Shown: in pieces, positions 16,537 to 27,315 of the stretch
How the letters are laid out: each line of letters opens with the position of its first letter
Position numbering within the stretch: the first letter of the stretch is position 1
Source: Nitrospinota bacterium
Lineage (GTDB): Bacteria; JADFOP01; DATKYB01
DNA length: 64,000 nucleotides
NCBI GenBank assembly: GCA_035528715.1
Contig: DATKYB010000051.1
Span: forward strand, 50 to 64,049
Direction of reading: 5' to 3'
Translations under genes and position numbers: made by a program
Notes under the pieces: generated by a model
What the model was told of the DNA's origin: nothing
What the model saw: the letters and a program-made list of their open reading frames with translations, nothing else
Databases searched by the model: none

Positions 16537-17511
16537 GTGAATACAGTTGGAAAGGTTAACCCTGCTTTTGATATATTATTTCCAGCGATTCTTACACTTT
16601 TTTTATTTCTCTTTGTATTATATGTCCCAATCATAGGTGCATTAATAAGTCTTTTTTCACCTCTTCCTATTATTTATACCTCCCTACAGAATGGCCAGAA
16701 AATAGGTTTTTTTACTTTAGCAATCGTAATTTCTGTCTTGATTATATTAATTGGCATAAGGCATGGTTTGATTTTTTTTGTTGAGTATGGTATTATTGCG
16801 ATAGTTATTTCTGAGTCCATAAGAAGAGATTTTTCTATTGAAAAGACCATTCTTTTCTGTGTTCTCTTTACTTTAGTAAGTATTCCAATCATTTTATTAA
16901 TATATTTGTTTATTCAAGGTAAAAATCCCTTTACATTTTTAATAGAACAAATGGAAAACAATATAGATAGTTCCTTGGAAATTTATAAAAATTATAGTAT
17001 GGGAAAAAGTAAATCCTCAGAGGAATTGAAAGAATCCTTTGAACGTTTAAAAGGGATGTTTATCTATACTTTCCCTGCTCTTATTGTCGTTGGTTCTATA
17101 ATCTCCAGCCTTCTCAACTATATAATAGCAAGACATCTTTGGATAAAATATATATCTAAACATGCTTCCAATAATAGACCTGTCACCCTCTGGTATCTGC
17201 CAGATTATTATGTCTGGTTATTTATAATAGCTGGTTTCATGATTTTTTTACCATTGGATTTCTCTAAAAGAGTTGGTTTAAATCTTTTAATAATCATATC
17301 TCTAATATATTTTTTTCAAGGATTAGCTGTAACCATCTTCTTTTTTAGAAAATCGAAGATTCCTAAATTTTTTCAGGGGATTGGTTATCTTTTAATATTC
17401 ATACAGCCATTGATCGCTATTATCGTAACAGCTATTGGGCTGTTTGATATATGGATAGATTTTAGGAAAGTCAGAAAGGTTAGTCATCATAAAAGTCAAA
17501 CAAAATTATGA
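16537..17511 (+). CDS. DUF2232 (YybS-like) polytopic membrane protein
   Basis: Multi-TM protein between rpsR and rplI, as yybS is in Firmicutes. Confidence 0.6.
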   Translation: MNTVGKVNPAFDILFPAILTLFLFLFVLYVPIIGALISLFSPLPIIYTSLQNGQKIGFFTLAIVISVLIILIGIRHGLIFFVEYGIIAIVISESIRRDFSIEKTILFCVLFTLVSIPIILLIYLFIQGKNPFTFLIEQMENNIDSSLEIYKNYSMGKSKSSEELKESFERLKGMFIYTFPALIVVGSIISSLLNYIIARHLWIKYISKHASNNRPVTLWYLPDYYVWLFIIAGFMIFLPLDFSKRVGLNLLIIISLIYFFQGLAVTIFFFRKSKIPKFFQGIGYLLIFIQPLIAIIVTAIGLFDIWIDFRKVRKVSHHKSQTKL

Positions 17512-17522
17512 CGGAGGAGTAT

Positions 17523-17966
17523 ATGAAATTAATTTTAAAGGAAAATATTAAAGATCTTGGCAATGCAGGGGATGTTATTCAGGTATCTGATGGATATGCA
17601 AGAAATTATCTTATTCCTAAGGGGTTGGCAAAGCTGGCCACACCTCAAAACATAAAATTGTTGGATCAAGAGTCAAAAGAGAGAAAGAACAAATTAATGA
17701 AGGAAAAAAAAGAAGCGGAACTTTTTGCAAAAAGGCTTGAGGAAATTTCGTGTACCATTGTTAAAAAGTCAGGGGAGAAGGATAAGCTTTTTGGATCGGT
17801 TACCCCTCAAGATATCCAAGAGGGTTTAAGAAATGAGGGAATTGAAATAGATAAGAAAAAGATTGTCTTAGAAGAGCCAATAAAAACCTTAGGTGTTTAT
17901 AAAGCGTCAATCCAGGTTCATCCTGAAGTGAATGCTTCATTAAAAGTTTGGGTAGTGAAGGAATAA
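17523..17966 (+). CDS. rplI: 50S ribosomal protein L9
   Basis: MKLILKENIKDLGNAGDVIQVSDGYARNYLIPKGLA. RBS GGAGGAG is upstream of the second ATG. Confidence 0.85.
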   Translation: MKLILKENIKDLGNAGDVIQVSDGYARNYLIPKGLAKLATPQNIKLLDQESKERKNKLMKEKKEAELFAKRLEEISCTIVKKSGEKDKLFGSVTPQDIQEGLRNEGIEIDKKKIVLEEPIKTLGVYKASIQVHPEVNASLKVWVVKE

Positions 17967-17972
17967 TTTATT

Positions 17973-19331
17973 ATGGGTACTTTTTCTGATAAGGTCCCTC
18001 CTCAAAATATAGAGGCTGAACAAGCTGTTTTGGGAGCAATTCTTCAAGACAATGAGGCATTAACGAAATCCATAGAGATTTTGGAAGAGAAAAATTTTTA
18101 TAAAGAGGCACATAGAAAGATATATTCAGTGATGCTAGACCTCTTTGAGAAAAATGAACCTATAGATCTTTTGACAGTAACAGCAATGTTAAGAAAGAGA
18201 AACCAGCTTGAAGGGGTTGGAGGGGCTTCTTATCTTTCAAACCTATTAGAGTCTAGTCCAACATCTGCCAATATTGAATTCCACGCAAAGCTGATAAAAG
18301 AAGATGCAATTGTGAGGGATCTAATACGAGTCTCTACTGATATAATCAAACTGAGTTATGAAGATACTGATGATGTAGAGGAACTTTTAGATAAGGCTGA
18401 GAAGTCTATATTTGAGATATCAGAAAAAAAGATTCAGCCCAGTTTTTATCACATTAAAGAGATAATAAAAGAGGGCTTTAAAGGATTAGAAAAACTTTTT
18501 GATAAAGAGGGGATTATTACCGGTGTGCAAACAGGATTTACTGAGTTTGACCAAAAGACCTCCGGGCTTCAGCCATCTGAACTCATTATTCTTGCTGGAA
18601 GACCTAGTATGGGAAAGACAGCCCTTTCTCTAAACATAGCTGCAAATATTGGTGTTAGGGGGGGTAAACCTGTTGCTATCTTTAGTCTTGAGATGTCTAA
18701 GGAACAGCTAGCAATACGTATGCTCTGTTCCGAGGCCAGGGTAGACTCTCACAAAATAAGGACAGGATATCTTTCAAAGGAAAACTGGCCAGATCTAACA
18801 AGAGCAGCTGGAGACTTATCTGAAGCCCCGATATTGATTGATGATAGCCCTGCATTATCTGTAATGGAGATAAGGGCTAAGTCAAGAAGGCTGCTTTCTG
18901 AATACCCTGATCTAGGTATCATCGTCGTAGATTATCTTCAGCTTATAAGAGGAAGAGGAAGAGCTGAGAACAGACAAATGGAGGTTGCAGAGATAACACG
19001 TTCCTTGAAGTCCTTGGCAAAAGAATTAAGATTACCTGTGCTTGCCTTGTCTCAGCTCAGCAGGGCCGTTATACAGAGAGGGGGCAGACCCCAATTATCA
19101 GATTTAAGGGAATCAGGGTCTATTGAACAGGATAGTGATGTTGTTGTTTTTATTCACAGGGATCAAGAAGAAAAAGAAATGGATCATGAAGATGATCATT
19201 CTGGTTATAGTAATATAGCAGAGATTATCATTGGAAAACAACGCAATGGTCCAACAGGAATTATCAAACTTGCCTTTCTTGAGAAATGTACAAGATTTGA
19301 AAACTTAACCATGCGAAAAGAGATCGTTTGA
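17973..19331 (+). CDS. dnaB: Replicative DNA helicase DnaB
   Basis: PPQNIEAEQAVLGAIL, Walker A GRPSMGKT and RecA-like motifs. Confidence 0.9.
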   Translation: MGTFSDKVPPQNIEAEQAVLGAILQDNEALTKSIEILEEKNFYKEAHRKIYSVMLDLFEKNEPIDLLTVTAMLRKRNQLEGVGGASYLSNLLESSPTSANIEFHAKLIKEDAIVRDLIRVSTDIIKLSYEDTDDVEELLDKAEKSIFEISEKKIQPSFYHIKEIIKEGFKGLEKLFDKEGIITGVQTGFTEFDQKTSGLQPSELIILAGRPSMGKTALSLNIAANIGVRGGKPVAIFSLEMSKEQLAIRMLCSEARVDSHKIRTGYLSKENWPDLTRAAGDLSEAPILIDDSPALSVMEIRAKSRRLLSEYPDLGIIVVDYLQLIRGRGRAENRQMEVAEITRSLKSLAKELRLPVLALSQLSRAVIQRGGRPQLSDLRESGSIEQDSDVVVFIHRDQEEKEMDHEDDHSGYSNIAEIIIGKQRNGPTGIIKLAFLEKCTRFENLTMRKEIV

Positions 19332-19338
19332 GGTTTTC

Positions 19339-20481
19339 ATGCAAAATACCCGTTCCACATTTGTAGAGATTGATTTAGATGCCTTTAAAGAAAATTTATT
19401 GAAAGTTAGAGCAAAGGTTGGTTCTGGAATAAAGATTCTCGCGGTTGTCAAGGCTGATGCCTATGGTCACGGTGCCTTTCTGCTCTCAAAGAAGGCATTG
19501 GAGGTGGGAGCAGATATGCTCGGTGTTACTATTGTTGAGGAAGGAATAGAGCTAAGAGAAAAGGGGATTGATGCTCCTATACTTGTTATGGGAGGCGCAT
19601 TAGAGAATCAGGTTAAATATATTATCGATTACAATCTCTCCTTTGTTCTTTTTTCTAGAAGAATTGCAGATCTCTTATCTTCAAAGGCTAAGGAAAAAGG
19701 AAAGGTTGTTAAGGTTCATATTAAGATTGATACAGGCATGAGGCGCCTTGGGATTCCTTGTAATGAGGCTGTGGAGTTTATTAAAAGGATACGGGATTTG
19801 CAAGGAATAGACATAGAAGGGATTTTGACTCATCTATCATGTGCTGATGAAATAAAAAGCGGCTTTACAGATACTCAGCTATCAAGTTTTAATAAGGTCT
19901 TAAAGGAGATAGATTCGATAGGGCTTAAGGTGCCTTTAATTCATGCCGCTAACAGCGCAGCGATTATCAACTATCCAGAGTCATATTTTTCTATGGTTAG
20001 GCCTGGAATTATGCTTTATGGTTCCTGCCCAGGAGAGAAAAAAAGGGATATAGAACTAAAACCGGTTATGGCATGGAAAACAAGAATAATTGATATTTCA
20101 AAAGTCGGCAAGGGGGAAGGCATAGGTTACGGACAGAGATATTTCACCAAGAGGAAAAGCACGATTGCCACCCTTCCTGTAGGGTATACGGACGGATACA
20201 GCCGTCTCCTTTCTAATAAAGGAAAGGTTATTATACATGGGAAGAAAGTCCCTATTGTAGGAACGATCTGCATGGATATGTGTATGGTTGATGTATCGGA
20301 TATCCCCAATGCTAAGGTAGGGGATGAGGTTGTACTTATGGGAAGACAGGAGAATGAAAAAATAACCGCTGAAGAGATAGCAGATCTCATGAATACTATA
20401 TCATACGAAGTATTTTGTAAAGTGAGCAAGAGAGTTCCAAGGGTATATAAGGAGAGGAAGGTATATGCTAAGATGGCTTGA
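19339..20481 (+). CDS. alr: Alanine racemase
   Basis: AVVKADAYGHG PLP-binding motif. Confidence 0.9.
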   Translation: MQNTRSTFVEIDLDAFKENLLKVRAKVGSGIKILAVVKADAYGHGAFLLSKKALEVGADMLGVTIVEEGIELREKGIDAPILVMGGALENQVKYIIDYNLSFVLFSRRIADLLSSKAKEKGKVVKVHIKIDTGMRRLGIPCNEAVEFIKRIRDLQGIDIEGILTHLSCADEIKSGFTDTQLSSFNKVLKEIDSIGLKVPLIHAANSAAIINYPESYFSMVRPGIMLYGSCPGEKKRDIELKPVMAWKTRIIDISKVGKGEGIGYGQRYFTKRKSTIATLPVGYTDGYSRLLSNKGKVIIHGKKVPIVGTICMDMCMVDVSDIPNAKVGDEVVLMGRQENEKITAEEIADLMNTISYEVFCKVSKRVPRVYKERKVYAKMA

Positions 20482-21235
20482 TTTGTTGGGTGAATCAATC
20501 ATAAATTTTGTCAACGAGGTGGGAAGAGTTCTTCTTCTTTCATGGACAACACTCACATGGTTATTCAGGCCTCCTCTAAGAGCCAAGCTTACATTTAAAC
20601 AGATGGAACAGGTAGGAGTAAACTCATTACCTGTAATCTTAATAACAGCAACCTTTACAGGTATGGTCTTAGCACTTCAGAGCTTCGTAGGCTTTAAGAG
20701 ATTTAATGCAGAAAGTATGGTTGGAACGGTAGTGGCATTATCAATGACTAGGGAATTAGGCCCTGTTCTAACAGGTTTGATAGTGGCCGGAAGGGCTGGT
20801 TCTGCTATGGCTGCAGAGCTGGGCACGATGAAGGTAACAGAGCAGATTGATGCCCTTTATACCTTGGCCACAGACCCTGTTAAATATTTGATTGTTCCAA
20901 GGTTCATTGCAGGGCTCATCATGCTTCCTCTTCTGACTATTATATGTGATATTACAGGCATATTAGGAGGTTACTTTGTCTCTGTTAATATCCTAGGGGC
21001 GAATCCAATCTCGTATATTAGAAGAACCGAGCAGTATCTGGAGTTCAATGATATCTATTCAGGTCTCTTAAAGGCATGTGTCTTTGGAATGATTATTGCT
21101 TTAATAGCCTGTTATCAAGGCTTCTATACTAAGGGAGGAGCAGAGGGTGTTGGTAGGGCAACGACAAAGGCGGTGGTTATATCTTCTATGTTGATCCTGA
21201 TATTCGATTATATCCTAACGGCATTATTATTTTGA
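20465..21235 (+). CDS. mlaE: Phospholipid ABC transporter permease MlaE
   Basis: MlaE-family permease adjacent to mlaF and mlaD. Confidence 0.8.
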   Translation: MLRWLDLLGESIINFVNEVGRVLLLSWTTLTWLFRPPLRAKLTFKQMEQVGVNSLPVILITATFTGMVLALQSFVGFKRFNAESMVGTVVALSMTRELGPVLTGLIVAGRAGSAMAAELGTMKVTEQIDALYTLATDPVKYLIVPRFIAGLIMLPLLTIICDITGILGGYFVSVNILGANPISYIRRTEQYLEFNDIYSGLLKACVFGMIIALIACYQGFYTKGGAEGVGRATTKAVVISSMLILIFDYILTALLF

Positions 21236-22002
21236 TACTTAAGGATAACTTATCTATGATTAAGATAATAGACCTTCATAAGTCCTTTGATAGCAATCAT
21301 GTTTTACGGGGGATTGACCTCGAAATTCATAAAGGGGAAAGCATGGTAATTATCGGAATGAGCGGATCGGGGAAAAGTGTCCTTCTTAAGCATATTATTG
21401 GATTATTGAAACCTGATAAGGGAAAGATTATCGTGGACAATGTTGAAGTATCCTCGTTAAACGGGAAGGAGTTAAATGAATTCAGAAAAAAGTTTGGCAT
21501 GCTCTTTCAAGGGGCTGCCCTCTTTGATTCTTTAACCATAGGAGAAAATGTTGGTTTTCCCCTAAGAGAGCATACAGATTTCTCTGAAAGGGAAATAAGG
21601 ATTAAGGTAAAGGAAAAATTAGAGATGGTGGGGTTAGAGGATATTGAAGGTCTCTTTCCATCAGAGTTAAGCGGAGGAATGAAAAAGAGAGTAGGGCTTG
21701 CCAGGGCTATTGCCATGGAACCAGAGATTTTATTGTATGATGAGCCGACGGCTGAACTTGACCCTATTTTGACCGACTCGATTAATGTTTTGAACATTGA
21801 AATGAAGCAAAGGCTAAATATTACCTCTATCACAATCACCCATGATATAACAAGTGCCTATAAGATTGCTGATAGGATTGCCATGCTTCATGAAGGCAAA
21901 ATCATCACCACGGGAACACCAGATGAGATAAAAGCTTCTGATAATCCTGTGGTCAAACAATTTGTAACAGGGAGTTCTGAAGGACCCATATCTGTAAAGT
22001 AA
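21232..22002 (+). CDS. mlaF: ABC transporter ATP-binding protein MlaF
   Basis: Walker A GMSGSGKS, signature LSGGMKKR, Walker B LLYDEPT. Confidence 0.85.
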   Translation: MILKDNLSMIKIIDLHKSFDSNHVLRGIDLEIHKGESMVIIGMSGSGKSVLLKHIIGLLKPDKGKIIVDNVEVSSLNGKELNEFRKKFGMLFQGAALFDSLTIGENVGFPLREHTDFSEREIRIKVKEKLEMVGLEDIEGLFPSELSGGMKKRVGLARAIAMEPEILLYDEPTAELDPILTDSINVLNIEMKQRLNITSITITHDITSAYKIADRIAMLHEGKIITTGTPDEIKASDNPVVKQFVTGSSEGPISVK

Positions 22003-22037
22003 TAATGAGGGCGTATAATCTTAAATCATAGGGAGGA

Positions 22038-23123
22038 ATGAGAATGAGACTGTTAACCTCAGAGGCTAAAGTAGGACTGTTTGGACTTTTAGCCTTTTTG
22101 ATTCTCTTATATATGACAATAACGGTTGGAGAGCTCAGTCTTTTTAAGGAAAAAGGAGATGTCATCATTGCCTATTTTAATAATGTTGCAGGATTGGATA
22201 GAAAGTCGATTGTTAGGGTTTCAGGTGTGGAGGTGGGCAAGGTAGAAAGCATTACCCTGGACAAGGGCAAAGCAAGGGTAGCATTGCGGTTTGATAAGAA
22301 AGTCATTTTGAGAGAAGACGCTATTGCGTATATCAAGTCAGAGAGCTTTTTGGGTGAAAAGTATGTGGAGGTCAGTCCTGGTTCTCCTGATAAGCCTGTG
22401 CTGAAGCCTGGAAGTATAATAAAGGTTGGCGAAGGAGGTGCTGATTTAGATGGATTGATGGAAAAGTTTGATGGAATGGCTGAAGACATAAGGTCAGTTA
22501 TCAAACCTCTAAAGGAGATATTTGCCTCTGAAGAAGGAAAAGAGGATTTTAAAGGGCTTTTTAAAAATTTGAATTCCGCGGTTAAGAGTCTTAATGAAAC
22601 TGTTTTTTCTGATAAGGAGAAGTTAAATAGAATCGTAGATAATTTTGATAAGATGTCAGAGGACTTTAGGTTCTTAGGCGAAAATACGGTTCCACGTTTA
22701 GATCGTATTGCCAAGAAAATAGAGAGTGGAGAGGGAACCCTTGGGAAATTGGTTAATGACGATACGCTCTACAATGAGGCTAAAAAGACATTGGATAATT
22801 TAAGAGAGAGTGTTCCTAAATTAAAGGAGTCATTGGATAATTTTTATGAGATTTCCCAGAAGGTAGGCAAGGGAGAGGGGAGTTTGGCAAAGTTGATCAA
22901 TGATGAAACCCTTTATAATGAGACCAAAGATGCCATTGAAAATTTAAACACGATTACAAAGAAGATCATCAAAGGAGAAGGGACTATCGGGAAGCTCTAT
23001 ACGGATGATTCCCTGTATGTCGAAGCAAGAAATGCCCTAAAAAAGCTGAATAGAACCGCTGAGGGAATGGAAGAACAAGCACCTGTATCGGTTCTGGGTG
23101 TTATGCTCGGTTTTCTCTTTTAA
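22038..23123 (+). CDS. mlaD: MCE-domain protein MlaD with extended coiled-coil C-terminal
   Basis: N-terminal TM segment and MCE domain (VRVSGVEVGKV). The start may instead be at the second Met. Confidence 0.75.
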   Translation: MRMRLLTSEAKVGLFGLLAFLILLYMTITVGELSLFKEKGDVIIAYFNNVAGLDRKSIVRVSGVEVGKVESITLDKGKARVALRFDKKVILREDAIAYIKSESFLGEKYVEVSPGSPDKPVLKPGSIIKVGEGGADLDGLMEKFDGMAEDIRSVIKPLKEIFASEEGKEDFKGLFKNLNSAVKSLNETVFSDKEKLNRIVDNFDKMSEDFRFLGENTVPRLDRIAKKIESGEGTLGKLVNDDTLYNEAKKTLDNLRESVPKLKESLDNFYEISQKVGKGEGSLAKLINDETLYNETKDAIENLNTITKKIIKGEGTIGKLYTDDSLYVEARNALKKLNRTAEGMEEQAPVSVLGVMLGFLF

Positions 23124-23144
23124 TAAAAAAACCTAACAGGAGTC

Positions 23145-24653
23145 GTGATCATAAGAAATTTTACAACTTTTATATCAAGATATCGTTACTTATCCCTTAT
23201 TTTTATTCTCTCTTTTTTAACCTTACCCCCTAAGTTATATGGTAACCCCACCAGTGAAGAGCAGGATAATCCGCAAATATATTTAGAGGAAAAAGATGAA
23301 AGAAAAATCATTAACCTCTGGCCTTTTATATATTATGACAAGGATAAAAAAAAGAATGCTAAAGAAATAAATCTCTTGGGCCCTTTTTTTACCTATAAAG
23401 ATAACCCTGATAAGAGAGAGGTTGGTCTTAGCCCATTTTTCTATAAAATTAAAGATAAAGCTGCGGAAAAAGAAGATACAGAGTTCTTATATCCTCTTGG
23501 AAAAAATAAAGTAAGGGATGGGGAAAAAGACTTTAGGATTACTCCTTTAATTTCATCGAAAAAGAGAGAGGACGAAAGATTTAATTTTTTACTTCTTTAC
23601 GGGGGAAAGACAGAAAAAGGAGAGAATTATGGAGGGGTTTTCCCCCTTGCTGGTAACTTAAAGGATAGGTTCGGCAAGGATGACGCCCACTTTTTTTTAT
23701 GGCCGCTCTATTCGAGATCAACAAAGGGGGATGTAAAAAAGACCAATATCTTGTGGTTTATATTTGAGCATGAAAAGGGAGAAAACCAAAAAGGTCTGCA
23801 GTTATGGCCTTTTTTTGGGTATAGAGAAAAAGAGGGTATCTATAGAAAGAATTTTTATCTCTGGCCCTTCTTTTTTTCAGAGGATACAGGTTTAAATACT
23901 GAAAGTCCAACAAAGACAAGGATATTTTTTCCTTTTTACAGTTCTATGAAATCCAAAGATCGAACTTCAACAACCATACTCTGGCCGTTCTTTTCCCATA
24001 CTGTGGATAGAGAGAAAAGATATGAGAATCATAGCTTCTTTCCTATTTTTTCAAAGACAAAGGGGGATGATAGAAAGGGCTTCCGGATTTTTCCTATCTA
24101 TGGATATAAAGAGAGGAAGGATTACAAAAAATCATTTTTTCTTGCACCCCTATACTGGTCTCAGGAAGAGGATGGGGCAGATTATAAAAGGACAACAAAG
24201 AGATTTCTCTTTATTAATAAAGATCAACAGAAGGTCTGGCAGGAAAAGAATAAGAGCAAAAGAGAGGTTCATTTCTGGCCTTTATTCAATTATAAAAGAA
24301 AAGAAGATAGTTCAATCAAGTTTTCTCTTCCCTATCTCTTTCCTATTCGAGATGAAGGGATTGAGAGAAACTATCCTTTTTTGACTCTTTACAGATATGA
24401 GAAGGATGTTGATGGGTCTTCATCATGGGATCTTTTATGGAAGTTAATGAGCAGAGAAAAATCAAATCAAAATTCTCGTTTTGAGCTTGCTTATATCTTT
24501 GATTATTATAAAAATGGCTTAGATAATAATCTTGATCTATCTTTGTTAAAGGGATTGATCAAGTTTAGAAATAATGCCGATAGAAAATCTCTTCATCTCT
24601 TTTATCTTCCTTGGGGTTTTAAATGGGGAAGCTCTAGTTCTAACCAAGAATAA
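23145..24653 (+). CDS. Hypothetical secreted protein with >20 tandem ~20-aa WPFF/PFFxY repeats
   Basis: N-terminal signal-like segment. Recurrent LWPFF, GPFFTY, SPFFYK, LWPLYS, FFPIFS motifs at a regular period. Confidence 0.55.
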   Translation: MIIRNFTTFISRYRYLSLIFILSFLTLPPKLYGNPTSEEQDNPQIYLEEKDERKIINLWPFIYYDKDKKKNAKEINLLGPFFTYKDNPDKREVGLSPFFYKIKDKAAEKEDTEFLYPLGKNKVRDGEKDFRITPLISSKKREDERFNFLLLYGGKTEKGENYGGVFPLAGNLKDRFGKDDAHFFLWPLYSRSTKGDVKKTNILWFIFEHEKGENQKGLQLWPFFGYREKEGIYRKNFYLWPFFFSEDTGLNTESPTKTRIFFPFYSSMKSKDRTSTTILWPFFSHTVDREKRYENHSFFPIFSKTKGDDRKGFRIFPIYGYKERKDYKKSFFLAPLYWSQEEDGADYKRTTKRFLFINKDQQKVWQEKNKSKREVHFWPLFNYKRKEDSSIKFSLPYLFPIRDEGIERNYPFLTLYRYEKDVDGSSSWDLLWKLMSREKSNQNSRFELAYIFDYYKNGLDNNLDLSLLKGLIKFRNNADRKSLHLFYLPWGFKWGSSSSNQE

Positions 24654-24777
24654 CTTCTCCTTTCTGGTCAATTTTCATTACTCTTTAAAATCTTATGTTA
24701 ATAAAGCAAGATAAACTTATGCTTGACAAAGAGGGCTTTGATAATAATAATTGTGTAATTTTATAATGGCTTAAGCG

Positions 24778-25656
24778 GTGAAAAGAATGATGTTAAAGAG
24801 AATGATGATCATTATATTCGGATTCTTCCTTAGTATCTATGGATGTACTCCTCAAAGATTAGCAATAAATGCAGCGGCTTCCCTTATCGATTTTAATCTT
24901 ATCTCTTTTAATGAAGAAGAGGATCCAGAATTAGCTAAGATAGCAGGTGCCTCAAACCTAAAGCTTCTAGAAGGATTGATTAAGGCCGATCCTTCAAATG
25001 AAAGGCTTCTAATCTGGGCTGCACAAGCTTTTGGCGGTTATGCTTTTTTGTTCGTTGAAGACGATGATTCTAAAAGGGCAGAAATGCTTTATAAAAGAGG
25101 GGCGGATTACGGGTTGAGGGTATTAAAAAAGAAGGGAGGTTTCAAAAAGGCGCTTAAGGGAGACATTGAAGAATTTAAAAGCTCTTTGAAGGATTTTGAT
25201 AAGGAGGATATATCCTCCCTTTTTTGGACAACCTATTGCTGGGGGGGATGGATCAATCTGAACAGGGATTCTCCTCAGGCATTGGTAGGTATTCCAAAAG
25301 TAAAGCTCTTAATGGAGAGGATCTTAGTGTTAAATGAAGAGTATTATTATGGGAGTCCGCATCTTTTATTGGCAACCTACTACTCAAGCAGACCAAGGAT
25401 GCTTGGTGGAGACCCTGAAAAGGCAAAGCATCATTTTGAAAGGGCTGTTTCTTTGAGTAAAGGAAAATTTTTAATAAGCTATTTTCTATATGCCAGATTC
25501 TATGCGGTTCAGGTGCAAGACGAAGAACTATTTAAGAGATTAATCGATAAAGTATTGGAGACCTCACCCGATATATTACCTGAACAGAGATTATCTAATC
25601 AAGTAGCAAAGAGAAAGGCAAAGGGGTCTCTAAGGGATATGGCTCAATATTTTTAG
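24778..25656 (+). CDS. TRAP-transporter-associated TPR-like lipoprotein (TatT family)
   Basis: Lipobox IYGC and a helical TPR-like fold. It lies directly upstream of the dctPQM genes. Confidence 0.5.
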   Translation: MKRMMLKRMMIIIFGFFLSIYGCTPQRLAINAAASLIDFNLISFNEEEDPELAKIAGASNLKLLEGLIKADPSNERLLIWAAQAFGGYAFLFVEDDDSKRAEMLYKRGADYGLRVLKKKGGFKKALKGDIEEFKSSLKDFDKEDISSLFWTTYCWGGWINLNRDSPQALVGIPKVKLLMERILVLNEEYYYGSPHLLLATYYSSRPRMLGGDPEKAKHHFERAVSLSKGKFLISYFLYARFYAVQVQDEELFKRLIDKVLETSPDILPEQRLSNQVAKRKAKGSLRDMAQYF

Positions 25657-25670
25657 GAGATTGTATTCAA

Positions 25671-26672
25671 ATGAAACTCTTTATAAAGATTGTATTACTC
25701 GCTTTATTTCTTATGGCTAATGATACCCTCCATGCATCGCAGTATGAAATCAAATTCTCCACACTAGCCCCTGAGGGATCTACATGGATGAAGGTGATGA
25801 GAGAGTTAGATAAGAGTGTTCAGGAGGCCACAAAGGGAAATTTAAAATTTAAGATCTTTCCTGGGGGTGTTTCAGGTGATGAAAAGGATGTTCTACGCAA
25901 GATGAGACTGGGACAAGTCCATTCCGCTGCTTTTACCGGTGTGGGTTTGGGTGAGGTCCTCCCTTCAATTCGGGTTCTCGATCTTCCCTTTCTTGTTCGA
26001 AGTTATAAAGAGGTCGATTATCTCCGTCAAAAATTATATCCGTTTTTTTATGATTCCTTTGAGAAAAAGGGTTTTGTCCTGCTTGCCTGGGCAGAGGTCG
26101 GTTTTGTCTATTTCTATTCCAAGGAAAAGATAGCTTCGATCCAAGACATGAAAAGACTCAAGATGTGGGTGTGGGAAGGAGACCCATTAGCCAGTGAGTT
26201 CTTTAAGGCCATTAATGTCAACCCTATTCCTCTCTCTGTTCCTGATGTGCATACATCCTTGCAGACAGGACTCATAGAGGCAGCTTATACCTCTCCCCTC
26301 GGTGTGATTGTGCTTCAGTGGTTTACAAAGATAAGATTTATGCTCGATCTTCCTATGACCAATGCTACGGCTGCTATTCTTATAAAAAAGAACACCTTTG
26401 ATAAACTTCCCAAAGAGATGCAGGATATCCTTAAGCAAAAGACAGAAGAGCATATGAGAAGACTGGTTACTCTTACGAGAAAGGATAATAATCAATCCAT
26501 TGAGGTTTTAAAAAAGAATAGGATAGAATTGGTGTCCCCTTCAAAGGGTCAAATTGAAGAATACAATCAAGCGGGAAAGAGTGTGAGGGAGATGCTTATA
26601 GGTAAGCTTTATAACAGGGAGCTTCTCGAAAAGGTGATTCATAACTTAGAGGAATTTAGAAAGAAGCCCTGA
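25671..26672 (+). CDS. TRAP transporter substrate-binding protein (DctP family)
   Basis: Signal peptide and DctP-family periplasmic binding fold. Confidence 0.7.
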   Translation: MKLFIKIVLLALFLMANDTLHASQYEIKFSTLAPEGSTWMKVMRELDKSVQEATKGNLKFKIFPGGVSGDEKDVLRKMRLGQVHSAAFTGVGLGEVLPSIRVLDLPFLVRSYKEVDYLRQKLYPFFYDSFEKKGFVLLAWAEVGFVYFYSKEKIASIQDMKRLKMWVWEGDPLASEFFKAINVNPIPLSVPDVHTSLQTGLIEAAYTSPLGVIVLQWFTKIRFMLDLPMTNATAAILIKKNTFDKLPKEMQDILKQKTEEHMRRLVTLTRKDNNQSIEVLKKNRIELVSPSKGQIEEYNQAGKSVREMLIGKLYNRELLEKVIHNLEEFRKKP

Positions 26673-26820
26673 AAAAAATTTAGGGCAGAATTATTTTCCC
26701 CATTCAATTTGGCCTTTTTCTTTTTATTATCTAAGGCCCTTTTGGAAATTATCCTTAAATTGTTAAGAGATTATAAATTTATGTTTTTTCAACTTTTCTT
26801 GATAAAGAAATTATTTTTAT

Positions 26821-27315
26821 ATGCAAATTTTTAAAGATATTGATCAATTTTTGAAAAGGGTTGAGGAGACCATTTTAATATCTTTTGTGATACTTATGGT
26901 CTTCTTGGCATTTTTCCAAGTTGTTCTTAGAAATATCTTCTCAGCTGGCATTATCTGGGCAGATATATTTTTAAGGCACCTTGTACTCTGGATCGGTCTT
27001 TTGGGCGCGGTTTTGGTAACCAGTGAGCGAAGACATATCAAAATAGATATTTTTTCAAAATTCTTCTCCGAAAAAGCACAACCCAAGATTTATCTAGGCA
27101 TGGATACCCTTTCCCTCTTTGTTACGATCTTGCTTACAAAGGCCTCCTACACATTTGTAGTATCAGAGAAACTCGGAGGAAGCCTTCTCTTTTTAAATAT
27201 ACCTACATGGGTAATGGAATCAATCATACCGATTGCCTTTGCCCTTATATCTCTTCATTTCTTAATCAGGATATTTGAGGGGATTTATGAAATTGTAAGA
27301 AAGGAATCTCGATGA
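26821..27315 (+). CDS. TRAP transporter small permease (DctQ family)
   Basis: 164 aa with 4 TM helices. Translationally coupled to dctM. Confidence 0.65.
   Translation: MQIFKDIDQFLKRVEETILISFVILMVFLAFFQVVLRNIFSAGIIWADIFLRHLVLWIGLLGAVLVTSERRHIKIDIFSKFFSEKAQPKIYLGMDTLSLFVTILLTKASYTFVVSEKLGGSLLFLNIPTWVMESIIPIAFALISLHFLIRIFEGIYEIVRKESR

Noticed and set aside
24022-24384. 120-aa ORF inside the WPFF-repeat gene
   Set aside because: Alternate-frame ORF within a longer supported CDS.
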